Source: an uncultured bacterium (GTDB lineage Bacteria > Chloroflexota > UBA5177 > JANWHV01). Taken from it: DNA of 64,000 nucleotides. Positions 50,799 through 60,302 of this stretch are shown here, one piece after another. The stretch is from assembly GCA_963827235.1 (NCBI GenBank), contig CAWHAE010000010.1, positions 672,001 through 736,000 of the forward strand, written 5' to 3'. A program made the position numbers and the translations under genes. How positions within the stretch are numbered: position 1 is the stretch's first letter; every line of letters starts with the position of its first letter. The notes beneath the pieces were generated by a model. The model was given only the letters and a program-made list of their open reading frames with translations. It searched no databases and had not been told where the DNA came from.

Positions 50799-53402
50799 AT
50801 GCGCATGGACCAACCTGGCCGGGAAGAAACACAGCCGGCTGCAACACCCGAGCTGAGCAGCTCGAGCGGGGCCGCCGGCACGCGGACGGGTCCGATACCG
50901 GACGTGCAAGCCGGCGTGGGCCTGGCTGTGTTGCGTGAGGTCATCGCATCGGCGCGAGCCATGAGCGGCGCCGCGGCAGCGGCGATTCTCCTCTACGACT
51001 CCGAGCGCGATCTCTTCCTGCCTACCACGCCGAGCGTCGCGGACGGGCTCGACGAACGCTGGCTTCAGCGCCGGGGACTGGGGGCGGCGCAAGAGCTGGC
51101 CAGGCGAGTTCTCGCTCACTCCGGCGTGCAGCACATTGCAGATGCCAATGCCGAGCCCGGTCTGGACCTGCCCGTGCTGGCCGGCGGCTTGCGGCCGGGC
51201 GCGGTCACCGTCGTGGCGCTCACGGCGGATGGAGTGGTGCTCGGCGCTCTCGAGCTGTATCACGCGACGCCGGCACCGACCCTAATCGACACTGACATAC
51301 TTGCGCCGTTCGCCGCCCTGGCCGGGATGGCAATCAGAACCGCATGGGCACACGAGCGGGAGCTATCCCTGCGTGTGCGCCTCGAGATGCTGGACGAGGC
51401 GAGCAAGATACTGGCTTCAGAGCTATCGCCCGACCGCATCCTGCGCCGCATCGTAGAGATCGCGGTGTCGCTCGTGGGCGCTCGCTACGGCGCCCTTGGC
51501 GTCGTGGGCCCCGACCGCTACCTGTCGGACTTCATCACCGTCGGCCTGTCGGACGAAGAGCGCCAACGTCTCGGTCATCTGCCGCGCGGTCACGGCCTGC
51601 TCGGCGTGCTCATCCAGCAGGGCGTGCCGCTCCGCGTGCCGGCAATCGCGCGAGACCCGCGCAGAGTCGGTTTCCCGCCGAATCATCCCCCAATGAACAG
51701 TCTTCTCGGCGTGCCCGTCCGGGTCCGCGACCAGGTCGTGGGAGATCTGTACCTGACCGACAAGGTCGGCGCCGCCGAGTTCACGGACGAGGACCAGCGG
51801 CTCGTGGAGTTGCTGGCAGCGCACGCGGGCGTAACGATCGAGAACGCTCGACTTCATGACCAGGAAGCGCAGGCCCGGTACACGCTGCAGGGAGCGCTCG
51901 ACTCGCTCAGGCAGCAGTCCGCCGTGCTGCAGCGACAGGCCGAGCTGATCGATCTCGCGCACGACGCCATCATCGTGCGTGACCCCGAGAGCCGCATCGT
52001 GTCCTGGAACCAGGGAGCCAGCGCGATGTATGGCTGGTCGGCCGGGGAGGCTATTGGCCAGGTGACTCACGATCTGCTCGGCACCGCGTTCCCCGTCTCA
52101 TTGGAGGACGCGGAGCGCAGCATCGCCGGCCGCGGCACCTGGGAGGGTGAGCTCCGCCACATTCGGCGGGATGGTGCTGCCATCTCGGTGGAAAGCCGCC
52201 AGGCCCTGGTCCGCGATGTGAACGGCACGGCGCTGTCCGTCCTCGAGATCAACAGGGACATTACCGAGCGCAAGCGCGCGCAGGGCCGGCTGCAGCTCCT
52301 CAACGAAGTAGGCGCCGCGCTCGTCTCGGCCCTGGACCCTCAGATGGCGGCGGTGGCGGTCGCGGAGCGCGTCGTGCGCGGCCTGGCCGACCGATGCTAC
52401 ATTGCTTTGCTGCGGGACGACGGCTCGCTCCAGATCGCCGCGGAGGCGTCGAGCGACGAAGCTCCGGCCGGTGCAAACGCACGACCAAGCTGGTCGACGC
52501 TGGCACGTCTCGTCCGGCCCGGGCGCACGCTCCTGCTTTCAGACACCCTGGGCGCGGAACTGGCGGACAGAGAGGGAGCAGACGTTGCCGCCGAGGTGCG
52601 GAGACATGGCATTGCCTCGTGGATAGAAGTGCCGATCGGCGCCCGCGGCGGGCTGCTGGGTGTCATGGTGCTCGTCGGCACGGGTGCCGATCGCCGGTTC
52701 GACGCCGACGATCTCGCGGTCTCGCGGGAAGTGGCGGCCCGTGCCGCGACCGCGGTGACCAACGCTCGCCTGCACGCGCAGGTCGGTGAGCTCACGCAGC
52801 AGCGAGAGCGAGCGCGGATCGGCCGCGACCTGCACGACGGCATCATCCAGGACATCTATGCCGCCTCTCTGCAGCTTGAAGACGCCACGGAGGACATTCC
52901 CGACGAGAAGGTCCGTGACAGACTGCTGGCCGTCGCGGATCAACTGACGCGAGTGATCGGCGACGTGCGCACGTACATCCTTGGCCTTCGCACCCGGGGA
53001 CTGGAGAGCGGGCGGATCTCCGAAGCGATCGCCGGCCTGGTTGCCGAGGCCGATGGTCTCGGCGGCGTGTCGGTGTCCCTGGAGATCTCGGGCGACGCAT
53101 TCGACTTGCCGGACTCCGCGGCGAACGCGCTCGTGCACATCACGCGAGAGGCGCTGTCCAATGTGCGGAAGCACGCCAGTGCGTCCGCGGCCACTGTCCG
53201 GCTGGCGTACGAGACAGGCGGCATCAGACTGACCGTCTCCGACGACGGCCGGGGCTTCGACCCGGCCCTCGAGCGCGACGAACAGCATCGCGGGCTGCGA
53301 AACCTGCAGGCACGGGCCGACGAAGCGGGCGGCACGCTATCGGTGCGGGCTGCCGCGAACAGCGGCTCGACCGTGCAGGTCTGGCTGCCTGCCCCGACAT
53401 AG
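50799..53402 (+). CDS. DosS/DosT-like sensor histidine kinase (GAF-GAF-PAS-GAF-HisKA_3-HATPase)
   Basis: ARYGALGV, GFPPNHPPM.S.LGVP, LYLTDK; ER.RIGRDLHDGIIQ; EALSNV.KHA, DDGRGF. Confidence 0.9.
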   Translation: MRMDQPGREETQPAATPELSSSSGAAGTRTGPIPDVQAGVGLAVLREVIASARAMSGAAAAAILLYDSERDLFLPTTPSVADGLDERWLQRRGLGAAQELARRVLAHSGVQHIADANAEPGLDLPVLAGGLRPGAVTVVALTADGVVLGALELYHATPAPTLIDTDILAPFAALAGMAIRTAWAHERELSLRVRLEMLDEASKILASELSPDRILRRIVEIAVSLVGARYGALGVVGPDRYLSDFITVGLSDEERQRLGHLPRGHGLLGVLIQQGVPLRVPAIARDPRRVGFPPNHPPMNSLLGVPVRVRDQVVGDLYLTDKVGAAEFTDEDQRLVELLAAHAGVTIENARLHDQEAQARYTLQGALDSLRQQSAVLQRQAELIDLAHDAIIVRDPESRIVSWNQGASAMYGWSAGEAIGQVTHDLLGTAFPVSLEDAERSIAGRGTWEGELRHIRRDGAAISVESRQALVRDVNGTALSVLEINRDITERKRAQGRLQLLNEVGAALVSALDPQMAAVAVAERVVRGLADRCYIALLRDDGSLQIAAEASSDEAPAGANARPSWSTLARLVRPGRTLLLSDTLGAELADREGADVAAEVRRHGIASWIEVPIGARGGLLGVMVLVGTGADRRFDADDLAVSREVAARAATAVTNARLHAQVGELTQQRERARIGRDLHDGIIQDIYAASLQLEDATEDIPDEKVRDRLLAVADQLTRVIGDVRTYILGLRTRGLESGRISEAIAGLVAEADGLGGVSVSLEISGDAFDLPDSAANALVHITREALSNVRKHASASAATVRLAYETGGIRLTVSDDGRGFDPALERDEQHRGLRNLQARADEAGGTLSVRAAANSGSTVQVWLPAPT

Positions 53403-53412
53403 CCTTCCGCGG

Positions 53413-54279
53413 CTACACTCCGCTGAACGCGCTGACACCGCCATCCACCGGAACGACGACTCCTGTGACGAAGCGCGAGCCGGGCCCGCAGAGCCAGAGC
53501 ACGGTGCTGACCAGGTCATCAGGCTCACCGAACCTGCCGGCCGGCGTGTGGGCGATCATCGTCTCTCCACGCGGCGTACGGGTGCCGTCATCGCGAAGCA
53601 GCAAGGAGCGATTCTGCTCTCCGACGAAGTAACCCGGCGCGATGGCGTTGACACGAAGGCCGGCGCCCCAGGACCGGGCGAGCTCGGTGGCCAGCCACCT
53701 GGTCAAATTGTCGATCGCGGCCTTGGCAAAACCGTAGCCCGCGACGCGAGTCATGGCGCGCATAGCCGCCATGGACGAGATCATGACGATGCTTCCGCGG
53801 CGCTCTGCTTCGGGTCCGCGCGCCATCGCGGCGCCAAATACAAGACTGGGCAACAAGCTGCCCAGGAGATTGAGGTCGATGGCCTCTCTCAATCCGCTTT
53901 CGGGAAGGTCGAAGACGGTCACCTGGTCGCTGATCATCGCCGCCGGCACGACACCGCCTGCCGCGTTGACCAGAATATCGATCGAGCCCCACAGACGCTC
54001 AACGTCGGCGCACACCGCCTGGAGGGACGCCCTGTCCAGCACGTCTGCCGGAGAAGCTACCGCCTCGCCGCCGGCCGCGCGGACCGACGCCGCCACCTCT
54101 TCGGCGCGCTCCCGGCGGCGCCCAAGGATGGCCACGCGCGCACCGGCCCGCGCGAGGCCCCGCGCCATGGCGCCGCCCAGCACCCCGGTGCCGCCGGTCA
54201 CCACGGCGGTCTTCCCCTGCAAGCCAAACATGTCGACGAGAAACCGCGTGACTGCCGTATTCGTGTCGAGACTGTCCAT
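53413..54279 (-). CDS. uxuB: SDR-type D-mannonate oxidoreductase (fructuronate reductase)
   Basis: TGGTGVLG, TRV.GY..AKAA..N.T.WLA, NAIAPG.F...QNR.LL; directly downstream of uxaC. Confidence 0.75.
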   Translation of the reverse strand: MDSLDTNTAVTRFLVDMFGLQGKTAVVTGGTGVLGGAMARGLARAGARVAILGRRRERAEEVAASVRAAGGEAVASPADVLDRASLQAVCADVERLWGSIDILVNAAGGVVPAAMISDQVTVFDLPESGLREAIDLNLLGSLLPSLVFGAAMARGPEAERRGSIVMISSMAAMRAMTRVAGYGFAKAAIDNLTRWLATELARSWGAGLRVNAIAPGYFVGEQNRSLLLRDDGTRTPRGETMIAHTPAGRFGEPDDLVSTVLWLCGPGSRFVTGVVVPVDGGVSAFSGV

Positions 54280-54382
54280 CCGCTTCTCCCTCTATCCTCA
54301 CACACGCCGTCGCCGTGCCGCGTCCGGTGCCATGCCAGCTCACCGCTTCAGCCCGGCTTGTGCGGCGGCGTACCGGCGCAGC

Positions 54383-55804
54383 TCAATCAAGCCGGTAGGC
54401 AGTCTTTGCCAGTCCACCGGCGCACGCGAGTGCCATCTCGTGGGCGTCGTCGAGATCGACCAGTCCACGTTGCACCAGCCCGGCCAGCCAGTCGCAGGTG
54501 ACGCGCCGCCACACGTCGTGCCGGGCGGGTATCGAGCAGAAGGCGCGCGTGTCGTCGTTGAAGCCCGCCAGGTTATAGAGCCCTGCCGTCTCCACGACTT
54601 CGTCCAGGTAGCGGCGCATGCCGTTGACGCTGTCGAAGAACCACCAAGGCGGCCCGAGCAGTACCGCCGGGTAGTGGCCGGCAATCGGCGCCAGCTCGCG
54701 GCCGTTCGTACTCTCGTCCAGGGTGAACAGAATTACGCGGAAGCGCGGATCGTTGCCGTAGGCATTGAGAAGCTGCCTCAAGCCGCGGGTCCACTCGGTC
54801 GGTACCGGAATGTCCGCCCCTTTGTCGGCACCGAAGCGGGAGAAGACGGCCGCGTTGTGGTCGCGAAGACTGCCCGCGTGAATCTGCATCACCATGCCGT
54901 CCTCGGCGCTCATTCGAGCAAGCTCCAGCAGCATGTGCGCCGTGAACCGCGCCGGGTCGGACGGCAGCACGTCCCCGCGCAGAGCGCGCTGAAAGATGAC
55001 GTCCGCCTCGTGTTCGGTCAGCCGCTCCGTGTGCGGCGCGATGGCCGCGTGGTCGGTCGCGACCGCTCCGAGGGACCTGAAGTATGCCCGTCTCTGCTCG
55101 AGTGCGCGAATAAAGGACGCGTAGCCGACCACGCCAACGCGTGCCAGCTCGCCCAGCCGCTCGATGTGCTTGTGCCAGCCTGCCGTAGCCAGGTTCGTCA
55201 CCGCATCCGGCCGAAACGTGGGTCGAACCGCCGTGCCCCAGCCTTCCTCTCGCAACCGTCTGTGGTCGTCGAGCGTCGACGTAGCGGCGTCGGTCGTGCA
55301 AAGTGTCTCGATCTTGAAACGCCTGAAGAGCGCCCGTGGCGAATACTCGGGGAGAGCCAGGAGCGTCTCGATCCGCGAGTATACATCCTGCGCGTTGGCC
55401 GCGCTCAGCTTCTCGGTCACGCCGAACACGTGCACGAGCACGTCGCTCAGCCACAGGCCGCTCGGAGTGCCCCTGAACAGGTAGAACCGCTCTGCAAAGC
55501 GCTGCCAGATTCGGCGATGGTCGGTCTCGACCGCACTGCCGTCCAACGCCGGCACGCCCAGATCCTCCAGGGGCACGCCGCGGCTGTACAGCATGCGGCA
55601 CACGTAGTGATCCGGAATGATGAAGAGGTCTGCCGGCGTACCGAACGTCGCGTCCGGATTGGCGAGTAAGGCCGCGTCGACATGGCCATGCGGACCGATG
55701 ATAGGCTCATCGCACACCTGAGCGTAGAGCTCCCGCGCGCACGCCCGCTGCGATGGATCGGGATCGAAACACCTGTCTGGCGATAGTTCCCACGTTGGAG
55801 CCAC
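54383..55804 (-). CDS. uxaC: Glucuronate isomerase
   Basis: PHGHVD, PDHY..RML...G, PTFRPD, MQIH.G..R.HN, FTLDE, GPPWWFFDS, GFNDDTRAF.SIPARHD; GTG 55804 with gagg RBS. Confidence 0.93.
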   Translation of the reverse strand: MAPTWELSPDRCFDPDPSQRACARELYAQVCDEPIIGPHGHVDAALLANPDATFGTPADLFIIPDHYVCRMLYSRGVPLEDLGVPALDGSAVETDHRRIWQRFAERFYLFRGTPSGLWLSDVLVHVFGVTEKLSAANAQDVYSRIETLLALPEYSPRALFRRFKIETLCTTDAATSTLDDHRRLREEGWGTAVRPTFRPDAVTNLATAGWHKHIERLGELARVGVVGYASFIRALEQRRAYFRSLGAVATDHAAIAPHTERLTEHEADVIFQRALRGDVLPSDPARFTAHMLLELARMSAEDGMVMQIHAGSLRDHNAAVFSRFGADKGADIPVPTEWTRGLRQLLNAYGNDPRFRVILFTLDESTNGRELAPIAGHYPAVLLGPPWWFFDSVNGMRRYLDEVVETAGLYNLAGFNDDTRAFCSIPARHDVWRRVTCDWLAGLVQRGLVDLDDAHEMALACAGGLAKTAYRLD

Positions 55805-56212
55805 GGCCGTCCTCGCTCTCGCTACACATGTCACTGGCCGGCGTGCGGAGGCGCGGCACGCCGTGCAGGCGGCTTCACGATACACTGGCACTATCTGACG
55901 GTCAAGCGCGCCTGCGATCCCGGCATATCGCCCACCGGCTCCTCCGTCCCCTGGTACATTCGTAGTGAACGCCCGGGGGCCGTTCGCAACCCGGAGGTCA
56001 GGCTCGCTTGCATCCGGCGACGGCAGAGTATCGCCTGCCGCGTGGAGCCTCCCGGGCAGGGCCGGTCGAGAATCCAAGCGCCCCGAGCGCGCGTCCATCC
56101 GGGCGGTATCGTGTTTGCCGCTTCCGGTCCGGGCAGCGACGTTTACGCGGTGTGCCTCGACCGTGGCTCGCGCGGCGCAGCCCGGCGGGTTTGAGCAGAT
56201 GAGGAGCGAAGC

Positions 56213-57652
56213 ATGGCTGACAAATGCCAGATTGGGGTCACCGGACTCGCGGTGATGGGCGCGAACCTTGCCCGGAACCTGGCCAGGAACGGCTTCGAGG
56301 TCGCCGTACATAACCGAACCGGCGAGCGCACAGACCGGTTCATGGCCGAGTTCGCGCACGAAGGGCGATTCACTGCTGCCCACTCGCTGCAGGAATTCGT
56401 GGCTGCGATCGCGCGTCCTCGACCGATCATCGTGATGGTCAAAGCGGGCGCGCCGGTCGACGCCGTGATCGCGGAGCTGGAGCCGTTCCTCGAAGCCGGA
56501 GACATCGTGATCGACGGCGGAAACTCGCTGTTCACCGATACGCTGCGTCGCGCCGGCGACCTGGAGGCGAAGGGTCTGCGCTTCCTGGGAGTTGGAGTCT
56601 CGGGCGGCGAGGAAGGCGCTTTGAACGGGCCGAGCATTATGCCCGGCGGCACGCGCGAGGCGTACGACCACGTGGAGCGCATCCTGACCCGGATATCCGC
56701 TCACGTCGACGGCACCCCCTGCTGCACCTACATCGGTCCCGACGGCGCCGGACATTATGTAAAGATGGTTCACAACGGCATCGAGTATGCCGACATGCAG
56801 CTCATCGCCGAGGCCTACGATCTGCTCAGCCAGGTGGCAGGCATGAGCGCGCCGCAGATCGCCGATGTGTTCAGCGGCTGGAACGCCGGCGACCTCGACT
56901 CCTACTTGATCGAGATCACCGCCGAGGTACTGCGCAAGCAGGATGCCCGCACGGGAAAGCCGTTGGTCGACGTCATTCTGGACAAGGCCGAGCAGAAGGG
57001 CACCGGACGCTGGACGGTGCAATCCGGGCTAGAGCTCGGCGTGCCGATCACCGCGATAGGCGAGGCCGTGTTCGCTCGGGTGCTCTCCTCCCAGGTCGAG
57101 GAGCGCGTGGAAGCGGCGCGCGTGCTCGCCGGACCGGCGGGCGATCCGGCCGCTCGAGGAGACGGCGACTCATTCGTGGAGGCGGTGCGCGACGCGCTCT
57201 ACGCGTCGAAGATCGTCGCCTACGCGCAGGGGTTCTCGCAGATGCGCGTCGCCTCGCAGCAATACGGATGGGATCTCAAGCCCGGTGAGATCGCCACCAT
57301 CTGGAGGGGCGGATGCATCATCCGGGCGAAGTTCCTGGACCGCATCAAGGAAGAATACGACCGCCACCCGGACCTGAAGAACCTGCTCGTGTCGCCCTAC
57401 TTCAGCGCAGCCGTGGAGAAGTCCCAGCCGGCCTGGCGCCGCGTGGTGAACACCGCCGTGACGAGCGGCGTGCCTGTGCCGACCTTTGCCGCATCGCTCA
57501 CGTACTTCGACGGCTACCGTCGGGCTCGGGGTCCCGCATCCCTGCTCCAGGGACTGCGCGATTACTTCGGCGCGCACACCTATCTTCGCATCGACCGCTC
57601 GGGTTCGTATCATACCCTGTGGTCAGGCGACGGCAGCGAAGTGGATGCGTGA
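56213..57652 (+). CDS. gndA: NADP-dependent 6-phosphogluconate dehydrogenase (decarboxylating)
   Basis: GLAVMG.NLA, MVKAG, DGGNS, VSGGEEGA, KMVHNGIEY, QKGTG, WRGGCIIRA, RDYFGAHTY. Confidence 0.97.
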   Translation: MADKCQIGVTGLAVMGANLARNLARNGFEVAVHNRTGERTDRFMAEFAHEGRFTAAHSLQEFVAAIARPRPIIVMVKAGAPVDAVIAELEPFLEAGDIVIDGGNSLFTDTLRRAGDLEAKGLRFLGVGVSGGEEGALNGPSIMPGGTREAYDHVERILTRISAHVDGTPCCTYIGPDGAGHYVKMVHNGIEYADMQLIAEAYDLLSQVAGMSAPQIADVFSGWNAGDLDSYLIEITAEVLRKQDARTGKPLVDVILDKAEQKGTGRWTVQSGLELGVPITAIGEAVFARVLSSQVEERVEAARVLAGPAGDPAARGDGDSFVEAVRDALYASKIVAYAQGFSQMRVASQQYGWDLKPGEIATIWRGGCIIRAKFLDRIKEEYDRHPDLKNLLVSPYFSAAVEKSQPAWRRVVNTAVTSGVPVPTFAASLTYFDGYRRARGPASLLQGLRDYFGAHTYLRIDRSGSYHTLWSGDGSEVDA

Positions 57653-57661
57653 GGTACCGAC

Positions 57662-58984
57662 ATGCGCATCGAGTTCGACGTTCCCGAGCAGTCTCTGCAT
57701 TCGCTGCTGGACGGCGTGCCCATTCCTGCCATGGCGCGCATTCGCTACGACATGGATACGCCGTCGCCGTTGCCGGACGTAGCGCGCGAAGTGCGCGATC
57801 AGGTCGCGCTGGTGGCCGGCCACGACATGGTCAAGCGAGGGCAGCGCATCGCGATCGGCGTCGGCAGCCGAGGGATCAGCCATCTGCCCGAGATCGTCTC
57901 CGCGCTCGTGGCAGGGCTGCGCGCGTGCGGAGCCGACCCGTTCATCATTCCGGCCATGGGTAGCCACGGCGGCGCCACCGCCGATGGGCAGCGCGAAGTG
58001 CTCCGGCACCTGGGCATCGCCGAAGAACGGGTCGGCGCGCCGGTCGAAGCTCAGATGGAAACGGTCGAAGTGGGTCGCACGCCGCAGGGCATACCGGTTC
58101 GCATCGATCGCCTGGCGCTTGCCGCGGACGGCATTGTCTTCGTGGGCCGCGTCAAGCCGCACACCGCCTTTCGCGGCTCGTACGAGAGCGGATTGGCCAA
58201 GATGATTGCCATCGGCCTGGGCAAGCAGGCCGGAGCGGCAAACTGTCACGCGGCGGGCTTCGGCGAAATGGGCTGGCGCGTGCCCGCCGTCGCGGAAGTG
58301 GCGCTCGCCCGAACGCCGATCAGATTCGGTGTTGCCGTTCTGGAGAACGCGTACGACCTGCCTTTCAAGATCGTGTGCATTCCCGCCGAACGCATGTTGG
58401 GCGACGAGCCTGCTCTGCTTGCCGAGGCTCGCGCCGCAATGCCGCGGATTCCTTTCGACCGGTTCGACGTGCTCGTAATCGACGAGATCGGCAAGCACAT
58501 CAGTGGAGACGGCGCCGATCCGAATATCACGGGCCGGTATCCCACACCGTTTGCCAGCGGAGGCCCAGATGTCAACAAGCAGGTCATCCTGGATCTCGGC
58601 GACGCCTCGGATGGTAACGCCAACGGAGTCGGTACGGCGGACTTCACCACGGTCCGACTGGCCAGGAAAATGGACTTCGGACGCACCTACCCGAACGCCT
58701 TGACCTCTACGGTGGCCCGGCCGGTGGGCCTGCCCATGGTCCTGCCTTCAGATCGCCTGGCCATGTCCGCCGCGCTGCTCACCTGCAACGCAGTGGGCAG
58801 GGATCCGCGGCTCGTGCGTATCAGGAGCACAGCGTATCTGGAGCAGCTCGTCGTATCGGCGTCATTGCTCGACGAAGTAAAGGCTAACCCAGCTCTCACC
58901 GTGCTCGACGGACCGGCACAGCCGTCGTTCGACGAGGACGGCAACCTGACCGACCTCGCTCTTCCGGCCGGCCGGTCAGCGTGA
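57662..58984 (+). CDS. LarA-superfamily (lactate racemase N-terminal domain / DUF362-like) hydroxyacid racemase/epimerase
   Basis: GSRGI, IPAMGSHGGAT..GQ, RVKPHT.F.G.YESGL.KM..IGLGK..GA, GK.ISG.G.D.N; 9 bp after gndA. Confidence 0.8.
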   Translation: MRIEFDVPEQSLHSLLDGVPIPAMARIRYDMDTPSPLPDVAREVRDQVALVAGHDMVKRGQRIAIGVGSRGISHLPEIVSALVAGLRACGADPFIIPAMGSHGGATADGQREVLRHLGIAEERVGAPVEAQMETVEVGRTPQGIPVRIDRLALAADGIVFVGRVKPHTAFRGSYESGLAKMIAIGLGKQAGAANCHAAGFGEMGWRVPAVAEVALARTPIRFGVAVLENAYDLPFKIVCIPAERMLGDEPALLAEARAAMPRIPFDRFDVLVIDEIGKHISGDGADPNITGRYPTPFASGGPDVNKQVILDLGDASDGNANGVGTADFTTVRLARKMDFGRTYPNALTSTVARPVGLPMVLPSDRLAMSAALLTCNAVGRDPRLVRIRSTAYLEQLVVSASLLDEVKANPALTVLDGPAQPSFDEDGNLTDLALPAGRSA

Positions 58985-60184
58985 GTGGGCGCCGTCCGGG
59001 TCGTCCGGGCGCCCAATGGCCAACAAGCTGAGAAAGAACGACGAGAAGATCGTCTGCACGCCGATCACGATCAGCGTGGAAGCAAAGACGGCGGGACGTA
59101 CGGCGTCCAGGCTACCGAAGTTGGAATCTATCCACTGCACCAGAATCCACACGTCGATAGCGAAGCCGATGGCGAAGAGCAGGCCGCCGGCCTTCAGGCC
59201 GCGCTCCAGTGAGTAGTGCGGCGCCAGGGCGTCGAGCGTGCGGTCGTGCCGCAGTATGCCAATGCTCATGGCGTAGCTCTTGGCATAGAGACCAAGGGTG
59301 AGTACCTGGTAGCCCAGAATGGTCAACATGCTGCCGAGAATCATGAAGTGCACGTAGAAGCCGTGGCCACCAAGGTAGACAGGACCCGGCAGCTCCAGCC
59401 CGAGGAGAAGCAAACCGGGCAGCAACAATAGCAGGCCCGGGAGCAGATAGAGGTGCGTGGGGCTGTAGAGGAGCATGAAGCGCAGATGCCGCCAGCCGTC
59501 GCGCCACGTCTCCAGCTTCGACTCGCCAGCACGTGGGAAGTAGGTGATCGGGACTTCCTTGATCCGAAGTCTGGCCCGCCCCGCGTTGACGACCATCTCC
59601 GAGGCGAACTCCATGCCCGTGGTCTGCAAGCCCAGACGCCGGTACGCCGACTTGGTGAACGACCGCATACCGCAATGGGCGTCGCTGATCTGCACGCCGA
59701 AGAAGGCCTTGAGGATGCCCGAGAGCACCGGATTGCCGATGTACCGGTGCGAAAAGGTCATGGCCCCCGGCAAAATGCGGCCGCCGAACCGGGTGCCCAT
59801 CACCAGGTCGTACCCGTCGCGCAACGGGGCCAGGAACGGCTCCAGGTCACTGAAGTCGTACGTGTCGTCGGAGTCACCCATGATGATGAACTCGGCCCGC
59901 GCCTCGGCGATGCCGCGCATATAAGCGCTGCCGTATCCGCGCCGGCGCTCAAAGACGACGCGTGCCCCCAGACTGGAAGCGATCTCAACCGAGCCGTCGG
60001 TCGAGCCGTTGTCGCAGACGATGATCTCGCCCAGCAAGCCCAGCCGATCGAAGGCCGACCGTGCCTTCATGATGCAAGCGGCGATGGTCCGTTCCTCGTT
60101 GAGACACGGCATCACAATCGAAACGTCGAGCCGCTCTGTCTGAATCAGGGCATGCTCGTCCACGACCGCACTTGCCGTATTCAT
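58976..60184 (-). CDS. GT2 (DPM1-like) glycosyltransferase with C-terminal TM segments
   Basis: VMPCLNEE, DNGSTDGS, GYG.A...G, GDSD.TY, FASEM, GESKL..WRDGWRHL. Confidence 0.92.
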   Translation of the reverse strand: MNTASAVVDEHALIQTERLDVSIVMPCLNEERTIAACIMKARSAFDRLGLLGEIIVCDNGSTDGSVEIASSLGARVVFERRRGYGSAYMRGIAEARAEFIIMGDSDDTYDFSDLEPFLAPLRDGYDLVMGTRFGGRILPGAMTFSHRYIGNPVLSGILKAFFGVQISDAHCGMRSFTKSAYRRLGLQTTGMEFASEMVVNAGRARLRIKEVPITYFPRAGESKLETWRDGWRHLRFMLLYSPTHLYLLPGLLLLLPGLLLLGLELPGPVYLGGHGFYVHFMILGSMLTILGYQVLTLGLYAKSYAMSIGILRHDRTLDALAPHYSLERGLKAGGLLFAIGFAIDVWILVQWIDSNFGSLDAVRPAVFASTLIVIGVQTIFSSFFLSLLAIGRPDDPDGAHSR

Positions 60185-60302
60185 GCTGCCTTCCAATTAC
60201 CGCGAGCAGCCCCCTCACCGGGATCCCAACCGATTCATACAACAGTGCCACTACCACGGCAATAGCAACCTTGGTGTGCTCGCACTCGACCGGCGGCCGC
60301 TA

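Noticed and set aside
54383-57022. 879-aa ORF suggesting a UxaC fusion protein
   Set aside because: The extra N-terminal ~400 aa is the antisense shadow of gndA plus intergenic DNA; UxaC similarity starts at GTG 55804, which has an RBS
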